Source: an uncultured Atopobiaceae bacterium (lineage in GTDB: Bacteria; Actinomycetota; Coriobacteriia; Coriobacteriales; Atopobiaceae). Taken from it: a stretch of DNA of 64,000 nt. Shown here piece after piece: positions 1-10,491 of the stretch. Below the pieces are notes generated by a model. The model was given only the letters and a program-made list of their open reading frames with translations, searched no databases and was not told the origin of the DNA. Made by a program: the position numbers and the translations under genes. How positions within the stretch are numbered: the stretch's first letter is position 1; each line of letters starts with the position of its first letter. The stretch lies in the NCBI GenBank assembly GCA_963931035.1, contig OZ006979.1, positions 1,960,238 through 2,024,237 on the forward strand, in the 5' to 3' direction.

Positions 1-354
1 GCTCCGCACGTACTCCGCGATGCCCTCGACCGGCGAGCTGGAGATGACCGCGTCGGCAACGATCTCGCACTGGGCGTCGTCGCGGCTCTGCTCGATGAGC
101 GCCTGGGCGTCCGAGCAGGCGTTCTCCGCCACGGACTGCATGATGCGCTCGTAGCTCGTGGGGTCGACCATCGCGTAGGGCGTCTCGAGCGCGTTGGCCA
201 TCAGCGTGGGGTCGGGCAGGCTCGAGGAGGGTATGACAGTCATCACGTGGACCTTTGCCTCGGGATAGGGCCCGGCCAGGCCAAGCGCGATGTGCAGGGC
301 GCTCTTTGCGTGATCGGACTCGTCGTAGGGAACCAGGATGTTCTTGAAGTACAT
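1..354 (-). CDS. Universal stress protein (UspA family), 5' end complete, 3' end runs off window
   Basis: Reverse-complement of 1..354 translates MYFKNILVPYDESDHAKSALHIALGLAG...VMTVIPSS..., the typical UspA N-terminus. Not in the ORF track because no stop lies in the window. Confidence 0.5.
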   Translation of the reverse strand, partial: MYFKNILVPYDESDHAKSALHIALGLAGPYPEAKVHVMTVIPSSSLPDPTLMANALETPYAMVDPTSYERIMQSVAENACSDAQALIEQSRDDAQCEIVADAVISSSPVEGIAEYVRS

Positions 355-493
355 GGTTGCCTCCCTCGTCGCGAACGTGCCGTCTATCCGCGTTATACCC
401 CTCGCTCGGCCGTCGGGCGCCGCGCTCGGTGAGCGTGGGCGAGAAGCCCGTGGGCGCGTATCATGGAGCCGTCGCTTCGCAAGGGAGGCCGCC

Positions 494-1333
494 ATGCGCG
501 TCACGGTCCTGATGGAGAACAGCACCCCCTCGAGCCGCCTCGCCGCGCGGCACGGCCTCAGCCTGTGGCTGGAGCCCGCGGGCGGCCGGCGCGTCCTCTT
601 TGACATGGGGCCCGACGAGGCGTTTCTCGCCAACGCGCACACGCTCGGCGTGGACGTGACCTCGGCGGACCTCGCGGTTCTCTCCCACGGGCACTACGAC
701 CACGGCGGCGGGCTGCCCGCGTTTCTCGCCGCCTGTGCGCGGGCCGGTCGCGACGTGCCCGTCTACGTGCGCGAACGCGCCTTCGAGGAGCACGTCTCCG
801 GAACGCCCGAGTGCCATCACGCGATCGGGCTGGACCCGACGCTCGCCGCGGACCCGCGCGTGCACCTGGTGGGCGAGAAGTGCGATCTGGGCGGCGGGCT
901 CATGCTCTTCTCGACCGCGCGGCGCGACCACGCGGCCGCCAAGTCAAACGCGCGCCTGCTCATGCGGGGTGCGGACGGCGGCCTGGTGCCAGACGCCTTT
1001 GCGCATGAGCAGAGCCTGCTGGTGGAGGAGGGCGGCCGGCACGTTCTGGTCTCCGGCTGCTCGCACGGCGGGATCTTGAACCTCATGGACGCGGCTGAGG
1101 AGCTGGCCGGTGCGCCGCTCGATGCGGTGGTGGCGGGCTTCCACCTCATGGACCCGAGCGGCGGCGCGGTGGAGGACGCCGAGCTCACGCGCGCGCTCGC
1201 CCGCGAGCTGGCGGCGCGGCCCACGCGCTACCTCACGTTCCACTGCACCGGCACCGACGCGTTCTCGCTGCTGCGCGACGCCCTCGGCGAGCGCGTGGGC
1301 TACCTCCACGTGGGCAGTCGCGCCGAGGTGTGA
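494..1333 (+). CDS. MBL-fold metallo-hydrolase
   Basis: ORF 338..1333 with a likely true start at MRVTVLMENS (494) after a GGAGG-like RBS. Metallo-beta-lactamase motif HGHYDHGGG is present. Confidence 0.75.
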   Translation: MRVTVLMENSTPSSRLAARHGLSLWLEPAGGRRVLFDMGPDEAFLANAHTLGVDVTSADLAVLSHGHYDHGGGLPAFLAACARAGRDVPVYVRERAFEEHVSGTPECHHAIGLDPTLAADPRVHLVGEKCDLGGGLMLFSTARRDHAAAKSNARLLMRGADGGLVPDAFAHEQSLLVEEGGRHVLVSGCSHGGILNLMDAAEELAGAPLDAVVAGFHLMDPSGGAVEDAELTRALARELAARPTRYLTFHCTGTDAFSLLRDALGERVGYLHVGSRAEV

Positions 1334-1378
1334 GCTCCGGCCGGGTACAATCGTCTCAGTCGTCTTTGGGAGGTTCGC

Positions 1379-1585
1379 ATGCCCCAGATCGTTGGCGCCC
1401 TGTTCGCCCTGCTCGTCGTTGCGTTTGTCGTCTCGCTCGTGATCTCGTTTCTGGTCAACATCGTCGCGGGTGCGCTCTCCATGCTGCCGGCGATCTTTGT
1501 GATCGTGGTCATCTGGTTCTTTGTGAAGGGCGGGAAGATTCATATCGACTTCCCCAACCGACGCGACCGCAACGACCGCTACTAG
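1379..1585 (+). CDS. Small hydrophobic membrane protein (hypothetical)
   Basis: 68-aa ORF with two predicted TM helices and GGAGG 8 nt upstream. No recognisable family. Confidence 0.35.
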   Translation: MPQIVGALFALLVVAFVVSLVISFLVNIVAGALSMLPAIFVIVVIWFFVKGGKIHIDFPNRRDRNDRY

Positions 1586-1600
1586 AGGGGCGAGAAGACC

Positions 1601-2104
1601 ATGGCAACGCCCGAGTTCATCCTCAAGCTGCGCGAGAAGATCGGCCACGACCTGCTGTGGCTCATCGGCGTGACCGCCTACGTGGAGGACGGCGATGGGC
1701 GCGTGCTCCTGGGCCGGCGCTCCGACACGGGGGAGTGGGCGCTCGTCTACGGCATCAACGAGCCGGGCGAGGAACCGGCGGACACGGTCGCGCGCGAGGT
1801 CGCCGAGGAGACGGGCGTGGACGTGGTGCCCACGGACCTGGTTCACGTGCGGGCCCAGCACCACGAGACCGTCTACGCCAACGGGGACCGCACACAGTAT
1901 CTGGACCTCATGTTCGTGTGCCGGCTCGCCGAGGGCGGCTGCGCCGAGCCGCGCGTTGCCGACGACGAGAGCCTCGATGTGGGGTGGTTCGCGCCGGACG
2001 CGCTGCCGGAGCCGCTCGCGGCCTCGACGGTCGAGCGCCTCGCCGCGCTCGCCGCATGGCGCGAGGCGGGCGCGAGCAGGGCGCTCTTCTCGTTTGGGGG
2101 ATAG
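1601..2104 (+). CDS. NUDIX hydrolase
   Basis: Nudix box GEWALVYGINEPGEEPADTVAREVAEETGV (GX5EX7REUXEEXGU). Confidence 0.8.
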   Translation: MATPEFILKLREKIGHDLLWLIGVTAYVEDGDGRVLLGRRSDTGEWALVYGINEPGEEPADTVAREVAEETGVDVVPTDLVHVRAQHHETVYANGDRTQYLDLMFVCRLAEGGCAEPRVADDESLDVGWFAPDALPEPLAASTVERLAALAAWREAGASRALFSFGG

Positions 2105-2112
2105 TCGGGTCG

Positions 2113-2511
2113 CTACCAGCGGATCGTGTAGGGGTCCTTGTTGAACGAGCAGAACGTGGCGGTGACGTTCTCCAGCGCAAAGACCTCGCAGTTGCCGTCG
2201 TCCGCGGCGTACATGGGCTGCAGCTCGGGATACTCGGCGAGCACGGCCTCGCGGGCCTCCAGGCGGTCGTCGAGCACGGCGTCCGCCTCGACACGCAGCC
2301 ACGAGCCGTCCTCGCCCATCGCGCAGATCGCCACGCGCGGGTGGGCGAGCATCTGCTCGGAGACGGCCTTGACCTTGCCGGTCTGGATGTAGAGCCTGCC
2401 CTCGAACTTGGCGATGGTGCCAAACGGGCGGACCTGCGGGTCGCCCTTCTCGTCGACGGTTGCCAGGAAGTACGTGGGGTTGGCCTTGAGGTAGGCAAGG
2501 ACCTCGTCCAT
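2113..2511 (-). CDS. Pyridoxamine 5'-phosphate oxidase family (FMN-binding split-barrel) protein
   Basis: MDEVLAYLKANPTYFLATVDEKGDPQVRPFG...LYIQTGK... matches the PNPOx-like general stress family. Start trimmed to MDEV. Confidence 0.6.
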   Translation of the reverse strand: MDEVLAYLKANPTYFLATVDEKGDPQVRPFGTIAKFEGRLYIQTGKVKAVSEQMLAHPRVAICAMGEDGSWLRVEADAVLDDRLEAREAVLAEYPELQPMYAADDGNCEVFALENVTATFCSFNKDPYTIRW

Positions 2512-3116
2512 GGGTGCTCCTCTCCGCAGGCGGTCGTTGACGTTACTGTACCCCGCCTGCGGCACGGGCGCGCGGTTCTTCTCGCCAGCGCGACGCCTTG
2601 CTAGGGGCGGCGCCGGCGCGGGTGCGGACGGCCGTCGTCCAGGATGACGGCGAGCCCGGCGATGACGACGAACGCGATGAAGATGAGCTTCTTCATGATG
2701 GCCTCCCTGCCTTGGTTGGTGGGACCATCGTCGTTCTTGGGGTGGCAGGGAGCCATCGATGCGGCTTACTGCTGGCTTTCACTTTCGTAAGGTTGGGGGC
2801 ACGCGGCGCCCCTCCTCCGCAAACTGTCGCTTTCTGCTGCCCGCGAGCCTTCCAAACGGCCTGCGAGCAGTAATTTCCGACAGTCTGCGAAGCGGGAGGC
2901 GAGAAGGACCTCGGCTCGCGGCAGTGACGGTGCGCGCGGTGCGTCCCCTGCCCCCAAAACCTAGGTTTTGGGGCAAAGGATTTATGCATTACCGAGAAGA
3001 GCATCAAACTTGTTGCCCAAAACGGGAAGGTTTCGTTGGGGCAACAGCATCTCGCGTGCACGCGCTACGCGGGGCCGCCTGTCGTAGAATGGGGCGCAGT
3101 CAAGATAGGAGGACCT

Positions 3117-3433
3117 ATGCCCCTTACCAGAGAAGACGTCGCGGGCATCGCGGACTACGCGCGGATCGCGCTCACGCCCGAGGAGCTCGACGAGATGACC
3201 GCGTACATGAACGATGCCATCGACCTGCTGGAGCCCATCCGCCAGTACGACCTCGAGGGCGTGGAGCCCACGTTCCACCCCATCGGCGACCTCTCCAACG
3301 TGATGGGGGAGGACGTTCCGGACGATGCGGTGCGCCACCTGAGCGTGGACGTGGCGCTCAAGAACGCCGGCGCGTCCCGCGACCGCAGCTTCCGCGTGCC
3401 GTCCATCCTCGGCGACCAGGGGGGTGACCGCTA

Positions 3434-3434
<1 letters not shown>
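3117..3434 (+). CDS. gatC: Asp-tRNA(Asn)/Glu-tRNA(Gln) amidotransferase subunit C
   Basis: MPLTREDVAGIADYARIALTPEELDEMTAYMNDAIDLLEPI... is the typical GatC. The stop overlaps the gatA start (ATAATG). Confidence 0.85.
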
Positions 3435-4935
<1,501 letters not shown>

Positions 4936-4939
<4 letters not shown>

Positions 4940-6444
4940 AGAAGCTCGCCGAGGTCCTCAAGGACTGGGAGGCCGTGATCGGCCTCGAGGTCCACACCGA
5001 GCTCACCACGCTCGAGACCAAGATGTTCTGCAACTGCCGCCTCTCCCACGACGACGAGCCCAACACCAACGTCTGCCCCGTCTGCCTGGGCATGCCGGGC
5101 GCGCTGCCCGTGCCCAACGAGAAGGCCATCGAGTCGATCGTCATGGCGGGCCTGGCCACCAACTGTGAGATCATGCGCCACTCCATGTTCTACCGGAAGC
5201 ACTACTTCTACCCGGACATGGCCAAGAACTTCCAGACCACGCAGGGTCCCGTGGCGTTCTGCATGCACGGCCGCCTGGACCTGGAGGTCTCCGGCGCCGG
5301 CGCCAAGGAGCGCCCGGACAGCACTGTGGAGAAGGACGCCGACGGCGGCTACGTGGCGCCCATCCGGATCCTGCGCATCCACATGGAGGAGGACGCCGCC
5401 AAGATGGTGCACGTGGGCGGCGAGGAGGGTCGCATCACCGCGGCAACGGAGTCCCTCATCGACTACAACCGCTGCGGCACGCCGCTCATCGAGCTCGTCA
5501 CCGAGCCCGACCTGCGCACACCCGAGGAGGCGCGCCTCTTCATGGAGAAGCTGCGCCAGACGTTCCTCACGCTCGGCATCTCCGACTGCTCGCTCGAGAG
5601 CGGCTCGATGCGCTGCGACGGCAACATTTCCCTCCGCCGCCGCGGCGAGACGAAGTTTGGCACCAAGACCGAGATGAAGAACATTAACTCGTTCAAGAGC
5701 CTGCACGACGCGCTCGAATACGAGATCTGCCGCCAGGCCGAGGTGCTCGAGGAGGGCGGCATCGTCTACCAGGAGACGCGCCACTGGGAGCCGAGTCGCC
5801 GGCGTACCGTGGTCATGCGCGTCAAGGAGACCGCGGACGACTACCGCCTCTTCCCGGACCCGGACCTCGCGCCCTTCGACCTCACGGACGAGTTCGTGGA
5901 GCGCTGCCGCGCGCGCATCCCGGAGCTGCCGGACGCCAAGCGCGACCGCTACATGGCGAGCTATGGCATCAAGCGCGCCGACGCCGCCCAGCTTGCGGGC
6001 GACCCGACGGTCGCGGCCTTCTTCGAGGAGACGCTTTCCGCGGCGGGCGAGAAGAACGTGGAGACCGTGGCCAAGGTCATGGTGAACCTCGTCCCCAGCT
6101 ACGACGCCCTCTCGCCAGCACAGGTCGCGAGCCTCTCCGCCCTTCTCGCCGAGGATGCGATCACGTTCGCCCAGGCGCGCGAGGTGCTCGACGCGGTCAA
6201 CGGCACCGAGGAGGACCCGGCCGCCTACGTGGACGCCCACGGCATGCGCCAGTCCACGGACGAGGGCGCGCTCGGCGCTATCGTCGACGAGGTGCTCGGC
6301 CGCTGCACCGACCAGGTCCAGCAGTATCGCGATGGCAACAAGAAGGTGCTCGGGTTCCTCGTGGGCCAGTGCATGAAGGCGGCCAAGGGCTCCGGCAACC
6401 CCAAGGCGTTCAACAAAATGCTCGCGGAGCGGCTCGAGTCGTAG
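4936..6444 (+). CDS. gatB: Asp-tRNA(Asn)/Glu-tRNA(Gln) amidotransferase subunit B
   Basis: MKKLAEVLKDWEAVIGLEVHTELTT... is the GatB N-terminus and a C-terminal GatB/YqeY domain is present. The start overlaps the gatA stop. Confidence 0.9.
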
Positions 6445-6454
6445 GGACCCGAGG

Positions 6455-6544
6455 CACATGGCGAGAGGGGCGGCGGCCTCGCACGCAGGACTGCGCTTCG
6501 CGGAAGATCCTGCTTAGCGAGGCCGCCGCCCCTCTCGCCATGTG
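6455..6544. terminator. Long perfect inverted repeat (28-bp arms cacatggcgagaggggcggcggcctcgc / gcgaggccgccgcccctctcgccatgtg) just after gatB, a candidate factor-independent terminator
   Basis: Read directly from the sequence. No T-tract follows, as is common in high-GC actinobacteria. Confidence 0.4.
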
Positions 6545-6765
6545 CCCGCCCGTACTCCTCGAGCACCACTCCGACCGATGTGGGGGCGTGCGCAAGTCGG
6601 GATTTCCAGCAATCCCAACTTGCGCGGCCAGCAAGAGACGACGGCTGCTGCGTAACCCGGGAATATTGTCCGTTTGACGAGAAAAACCGACTTACGCGGG
6701 CGTCGCGCCCACTCAAGACGTGCGTAAGTCGGGATTACTGGAAATCCTGACTTACGCGTCCCGTC

Positions 6766-7785
6766 ATGATGCGGCGCGAGCTGCTAGACTTCCGGGGCGA
6801 GAGTGGGCATCGCGCGCGGGAGGAGCCAGCGGTGGGCGAGGAGGACGTGCAGGTCGCAGAGGGTGTCGAACCAGTCGCGGAGGAGATGACGCCCGACGAG
6901 GCGCGCCGGGCGGAGAAGCTCTCGCGCCGGCGCATGGCCTACAGCTTCCCGCAGTTCTTCTGTCTGCTCAACCTCGGCCTCATCCTCACGGCCGTGGCGC
7001 TGGTGCTCTTCAAGACGCCCAACCACCTGGCCTTTGGCGGCACCACGGGCTTTGCGATCCTGCTCAACACGGCGCTGCCGGCGCTTCCCGTCTCTGCGTA
7101 CATGTGGATCCTCAATGCCGTGCTCGTCCTTCTCGGCCTGGTCTTCCTGGAGCGCAAGGCGGTGCTGTGGAGTGCGTTCGCGTCCTTTGCGCTCTCGGGC
7201 TACACGTCGCTCTTCGAGTGGCTGTTCCCGGTCACGACCTCGATCACCGGCGACCTCTGGCTCGACGTCTGCTTTGCCGTGCTGCTGCCGGCCGTGGGCT
7301 CGGCGCTGGTCTTTGACATCGGCGCGTCGACCGGCGGCACGGACATCCTGGCCATGATCTTGCGCAAGCGCACCGACCTGGAGATCGGCAAGGCGCTCTT
7401 TGCCGTGGACGTGGCCGTGGTCGTGGCGGCGATCGGGCTCTACGGGCCGCGCGTGGGCCTCTACTGCGTGCTCGCGCTCATCGGCAAGACCTTTGTGGTG
7501 GACGGCTTCATCGAGTCCATCCGCCAGCGCAAGGTCTGCCAGGTCATCTGCGACCACCCGCGCGACGTGGAGGAGTTCATCGTCAAGAAGCTCGGCCGCA
7601 CGGCCACGGTGACCTTTGGCTGGGGCGCGTACTCCGGCAAGCGGCAGACGATTCTCACCAGCGTGCTCTCGCGCCGCGAGGCGATGAAGCTGCGCCTCTT
7701 CGTGCGCGCGCAGGATCCGGGCGCCTTCATCACCATAGTGAGCAGCTCAGAGATCATCGGCCGGGGCTTTCGCGGCGTGAACTAG
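6766..7785 (+). CDS. YitT family (DUF161/DUF2179) membrane protein
   Basis: Multi-TM N-terminal region with GGTTGFAIL and STGGTDILAMIL motifs, plus a C-terminal DUF2179-like domain (TFGWGAYSGK...FVRAQD...IVSS). The true start is probably downstream of 6766. Confidence 0.7.
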   Translation: MMRRELLDFRGESGHRAREEPAVGEEDVQVAEGVEPVAEEMTPDEARRAEKLSRRRMAYSFPQFFCLLNLGLILTAVALVLFKTPNHLAFGGTTGFAILLNTALPALPVSAYMWILNAVLVLLGLVFLERKAVLWSAFASFALSGYTSLFEWLFPVTTSITGDLWLDVCFAVLLPAVGSALVFDIGASTGGTDILAMILRKRTDLEIGKALFAVDVAVVVAAIGLYGPRVGLYCVLALIGKTFVVDGFIESIRQRKVCQVICDHPRDVEEFIVKKLGRTATVTFGWGAYSGKRQTILTSVLSRREAMKLRLFVRAQDPGAFITIVSSSEIIGRGFRGVN

Positions 7786-7920
7786 CGCGCACGCGGCAGC
7801 CCTCCGAATCCCCTCTCGGAGGTTTGGGTTCATCGTTTCTGCCGCGGAGGGGAGACCCATCCGCAAAACCCCAGCTCAGCTGATGGTATGAAAAAGTATG
7901 TGACTCCTTGAGGCTCCAAC

Positions 7921-7952
7921 ACGAACCCAAACCGGAAAACGGTTTGGGTTCA
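7921..7952. terminator. Perfect 12-bp-arm hairpin gaacccaaaccg-gaaaa-cggtttgggttc between convergent genes, a likely bidirectional terminator
   Basis: Read directly. It is nested inside a larger inverted repeat (7829-7850 vs 8031-8052). Confidence 0.45.
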
Positions 7953-8067
7953 CTTTCTTGAGCGCACGTGCCATAGGAAAAACCGCCAAGCCTGTGACCT
8001 GCGGTTTCTCTCGGGGTGTCCGCACGTGAGCGAAAACGATGAACCCAAACCTCAAAGAGAGGGCTCG

Positions 8068-8712
8068 CTACTCCGTGGCGCGGGCCTCGTCGAGGTAGTT
8101 GTAGAGCGTGTACTTGGAGATGCCGAAGTACTTGCAGACCTTGGGGCCGCTCTTGGTTATGAGGAACGCACCCGTGTCGTTGAGGTAGCGGATCGCGCGG
8201 ACTTTCTCCTCCTTGGTCATGAGGGCCACGGGCGTGCCCACGAGCTGGACGCTCTGCTCGATGAGGTCGTCCAGCAGATCGGCCACGCTGCGCACGATTG
8301 GCTCCGGCTCGCGCGGGGCGCTGGGCTCCGTGCCCACGACCTCGGCAATCGTGTCTCCCATCGCCCGCAGGATCGTGATGTCGTAGTTGACGGCAAAGAT
8401 GCCCACCGTTCGACCGTCATCATCACGGATGAAGACGGTCGAGGACTTGAGGATCTTGCCGTCTGCGGTCTTGGTGAGGTAGGCGAGGCGGTCCTCGAGA
8501 CGCTCCGTGCCGGCGTGCAGCGCCTCCAGCACCACGTGGCTCGGCCCGTCGCCGAGCTTGCGGCCGGTGACGTGGCCGTTCTCGATGGCGACGATCGAGT
8601 GGCTGGGGTCGGTCGTCTCGAGGTCGTGAACGACGACCTCGCACCCGCTGCCAAACTGCAGCGCGAGCGCGTGGGCGAGCCGCTTGTAGAAGTCGAGCTG
8701 TGTCTCGGTCAT
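8068..8712 (-). CDS. YheO-like PAS-domain / HTH transcriptional regulator
   Basis: NGHVTGRKLG, VGIFAVNYD and a C-terminal HTH (GISKYTLYNYL) align by eye with E. coli YheO. It is divergent from the nucleobase permease gene. Confidence 0.75.
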   Translation of the reverse strand: MTETQLDFYKRLAHALALQFGSGCEVVVHDLETTDPSHSIVAIENGHVTGRKLGDGPSHVVLEALHAGTERLEDRLAYLTKTADGKILKSSTVFIRDDDGRTVGIFAVNYDITILRAMGDTIAEVVGTEPSAPREPEPIVRSVADLLDDLIEQSVQLVGTPVALMTKEEKVRAIRYLNDTGAFLITKSGPKVCKYFGISKYTLYNYLDEARATE

Positions 8713-9008
8713 GGCGTTCTCCTCGCGTTGTGTGAACGAGAGAGATGGTACCCGAAATGGTGGGCCTGCCAAACTTTTTGTTTGGTCCCCGCACGTCCGC
8801 AGACACCCAAAAGAAGTTGAGAAAAACGCCCTGACGTCGCGTTATATCACGCCGTGGACAACGAAAACTTTTTGAAGACCCGTCCGAGCCCGACCGCTCA
8901 CGCCCCGCAACCTACCGTCTAACAGATTTTCATCGAAGCAGACAAATTGTTAGCCATCCCCGCGCAATACTATCGAAACATAGTCGGAGCATCGTGGAGA
9001 GGACGAGC

Positions 9009-10409
9009 ATGTCGAAGACGCAAGCAGTGGAGGAAAAGGGGTCCTCCGCGATTCTGTTCCAGCGCGAGGGGATGCCGCCCGTCGGCGAGATGCTGCCCTG
9101 CGCGCTCCAGCACGTGCTGGCGTCCTTCGCCGGCATCATCACGCCGGCGATCCTCATCGCGGCCACCTTTGACTTCACCACCCAGCAGCGCACGGACATC
9201 ATCCAGGTCGCGCTGATCCTCTCCGCCATCGACACGGCGCTGCAGGCCTTCGCGCCGTTCCGTCGCATAGGCGGTAACCTGCCCATCGTCATGGGCGTCT
9301 CGTTCGCGTTCCTGCCCGCGCTGCAGGCCATGGGTGCCACGTTCTCCTTTGGTGCGCTTCTCGGCGGTGAGATCGTGGGCGGCATCGCGGCCGTTCTCTT
9401 TGGCATCTTCTACGGCAAGCTCAAGGCGTTCTTCCCGCCGGTGGTCACCGGCACGGTGATCTTCACCATCGGCGTCTCGCTCTATCCCACGGCCATCAAG
9501 TACATGGCCGGCGGCGAGGGCACCCCGCTCTGGGGCACCCCGCAGGCCTGGTGCGTGGCGCTCGTCACGTTTGCCGTGGTCTTTGGCCTCAGCAACTTTG
9601 CCAAGGGCACCCTCAAGCTCGGTAGCGTCTTCTTTGGCATGATCGCGGGCATCATCGTGTCCGCGCCCTTCGGTATGCTCGACTTCTCCGCCGTGGGCGA
9701 GGCGGGCGTCTTCGCGTTCCCCAAGATCATGCCGTACGCGATCGAGTTCCACCCCGAGGTCTGCATCACGCTCGCCGTGGTCTACCCGATGGTCGCCATT
9801 CAGGTCATCGGCGACGTCTCCGCCGCCTGCCTCGGCGCCATGGACCGCATGCCCACCGAGCGCGAGCTCTCCGGCGCCATCGTCTCCCAGGGCTGCACCT
9901 CGCTCGTCTCCGCCTTCATCGGCGGCCTGCCCACCTCCGCGCTCGGCCAGAACGTGGGCATCATCTGCTCCAACAAGGTCGTCAACAAGTGGGTCTTCGT
10001 GATCGTGGCGGCCGTCTTCGCCGCAGCTGGCCTGCTCCCGCAGCTCTCCGCGCTGCTCACGGCCATCCCGCAGCCCGTCATCGGCGGCGCCACGGTGGGC
10101 GTCTTCGGCACCATCACCATGAACGGCGTCCGCATGTTCACCAAGGACGGCCTCACCCCGCGCACCACCACCATCGTGGGCACCTCCGTGGTCTTTGGCC
10201 TGGGCATCTGGATGGCCTCCGGCTGCCTTGCCGGCCCCGGCATGCCCACGTGGGTGACCACCGTCATCGGCTCCAACGCCATCACGCCCGCGGCGCTCAT
10301 GGCCATCATCCTGAACCTCATCCTGCCCGTGGACCCGCCGCACGAGATCCGCACCGCGGCCACCAAGGAGCAGGCCGTCGCCAAGGTCATGCCCGCGAGC
10401 AAGGAGTAG
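9009..10409 (+). CDS. NCS2 family nucleobase:cation symporter (xanthine/uracil-type permease)
   Basis: 12-14 TM helices, NCS2-type motifs (e.g. QHVLASFAGIITPAILIA and GLPTSALGQNVGII), and a GGAGAGG RBS before ATG 9009. Confidence 0.8.
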   Translation: MSKTQAVEEKGSSAILFQREGMPPVGEMLPCALQHVLASFAGIITPAILIAATFDFTTQQRTDIIQVALILSAIDTALQAFAPFRRIGGNLPIVMGVSFAFLPALQAMGATFSFGALLGGEIVGGIAAVLFGIFYGKLKAFFPPVVTGTVIFTIGVSLYPTAIKYMAGGEGTPLWGTPQAWCVALVTFAVVFGLSNFAKGTLKLGSVFFGMIAGIIVSAPFGMLDFSAVGEAGVFAFPKIMPYAIEFHPEVCITLAVVYPMVAIQVIGDVSAACLGAMDRMPTERELSGAIVSQGCTSLVSAFIGGLPTSALGQNVGIICSNKVVNKWVFVIVAAVFAAAGLLPQLSALLTAIPQPVIGGATVGVFGTITMNGVRMFTKDGLTPRTTTIVGTSVVFGLGIWMASGCLAGPGMPTWVTTVIGSNAITPAALMAIILNLILPVDPPHEIRTAATKEQAVAKVMPASKE

Positions 10410-10450
10410 CGGGCCCCGGGACGACCCCGAGCACCCAGCAGGAACGCGGT

Positions 10451-10472
10451 GCGAGAAGACCGGTCTTCTCGC
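10451..10472. repeat. Perfect 22-bp palindrome gcgagaagacc|ggtcttctcgc (a member of the recurrent GGCGAGAAGA motif family)
   Basis: Read directly. It lies between the permease stop and the ssnA start. Confidence 0.5.
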
Positions 10473-10491
10473 CAAAAGGATAGGAGACGAA

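Noticed and set aside
944-2604. Long overlapping ORFs 944..2302(-) 452 aa and 1330..2604(+) 424 aa
   Set aside because: Arg/Ala/Gly/Pro-rich low-complexity translations, typical of wrong-frame ORFs in 68%-GC DNA. They overlap the motif-supported MBL hydrolase, Nudix and PNPOx genes.
8820-8990. Purine riboswitch upstream of the nucleobase permease
   Set aside because: The region has a TATA...CGCCGUGG-like start but lacks the conserved J2/3 and P3 consensus (GUUUCUACC / GGGCACCGUAAAUGUCC). It is more likely a protein-regulated promoter.
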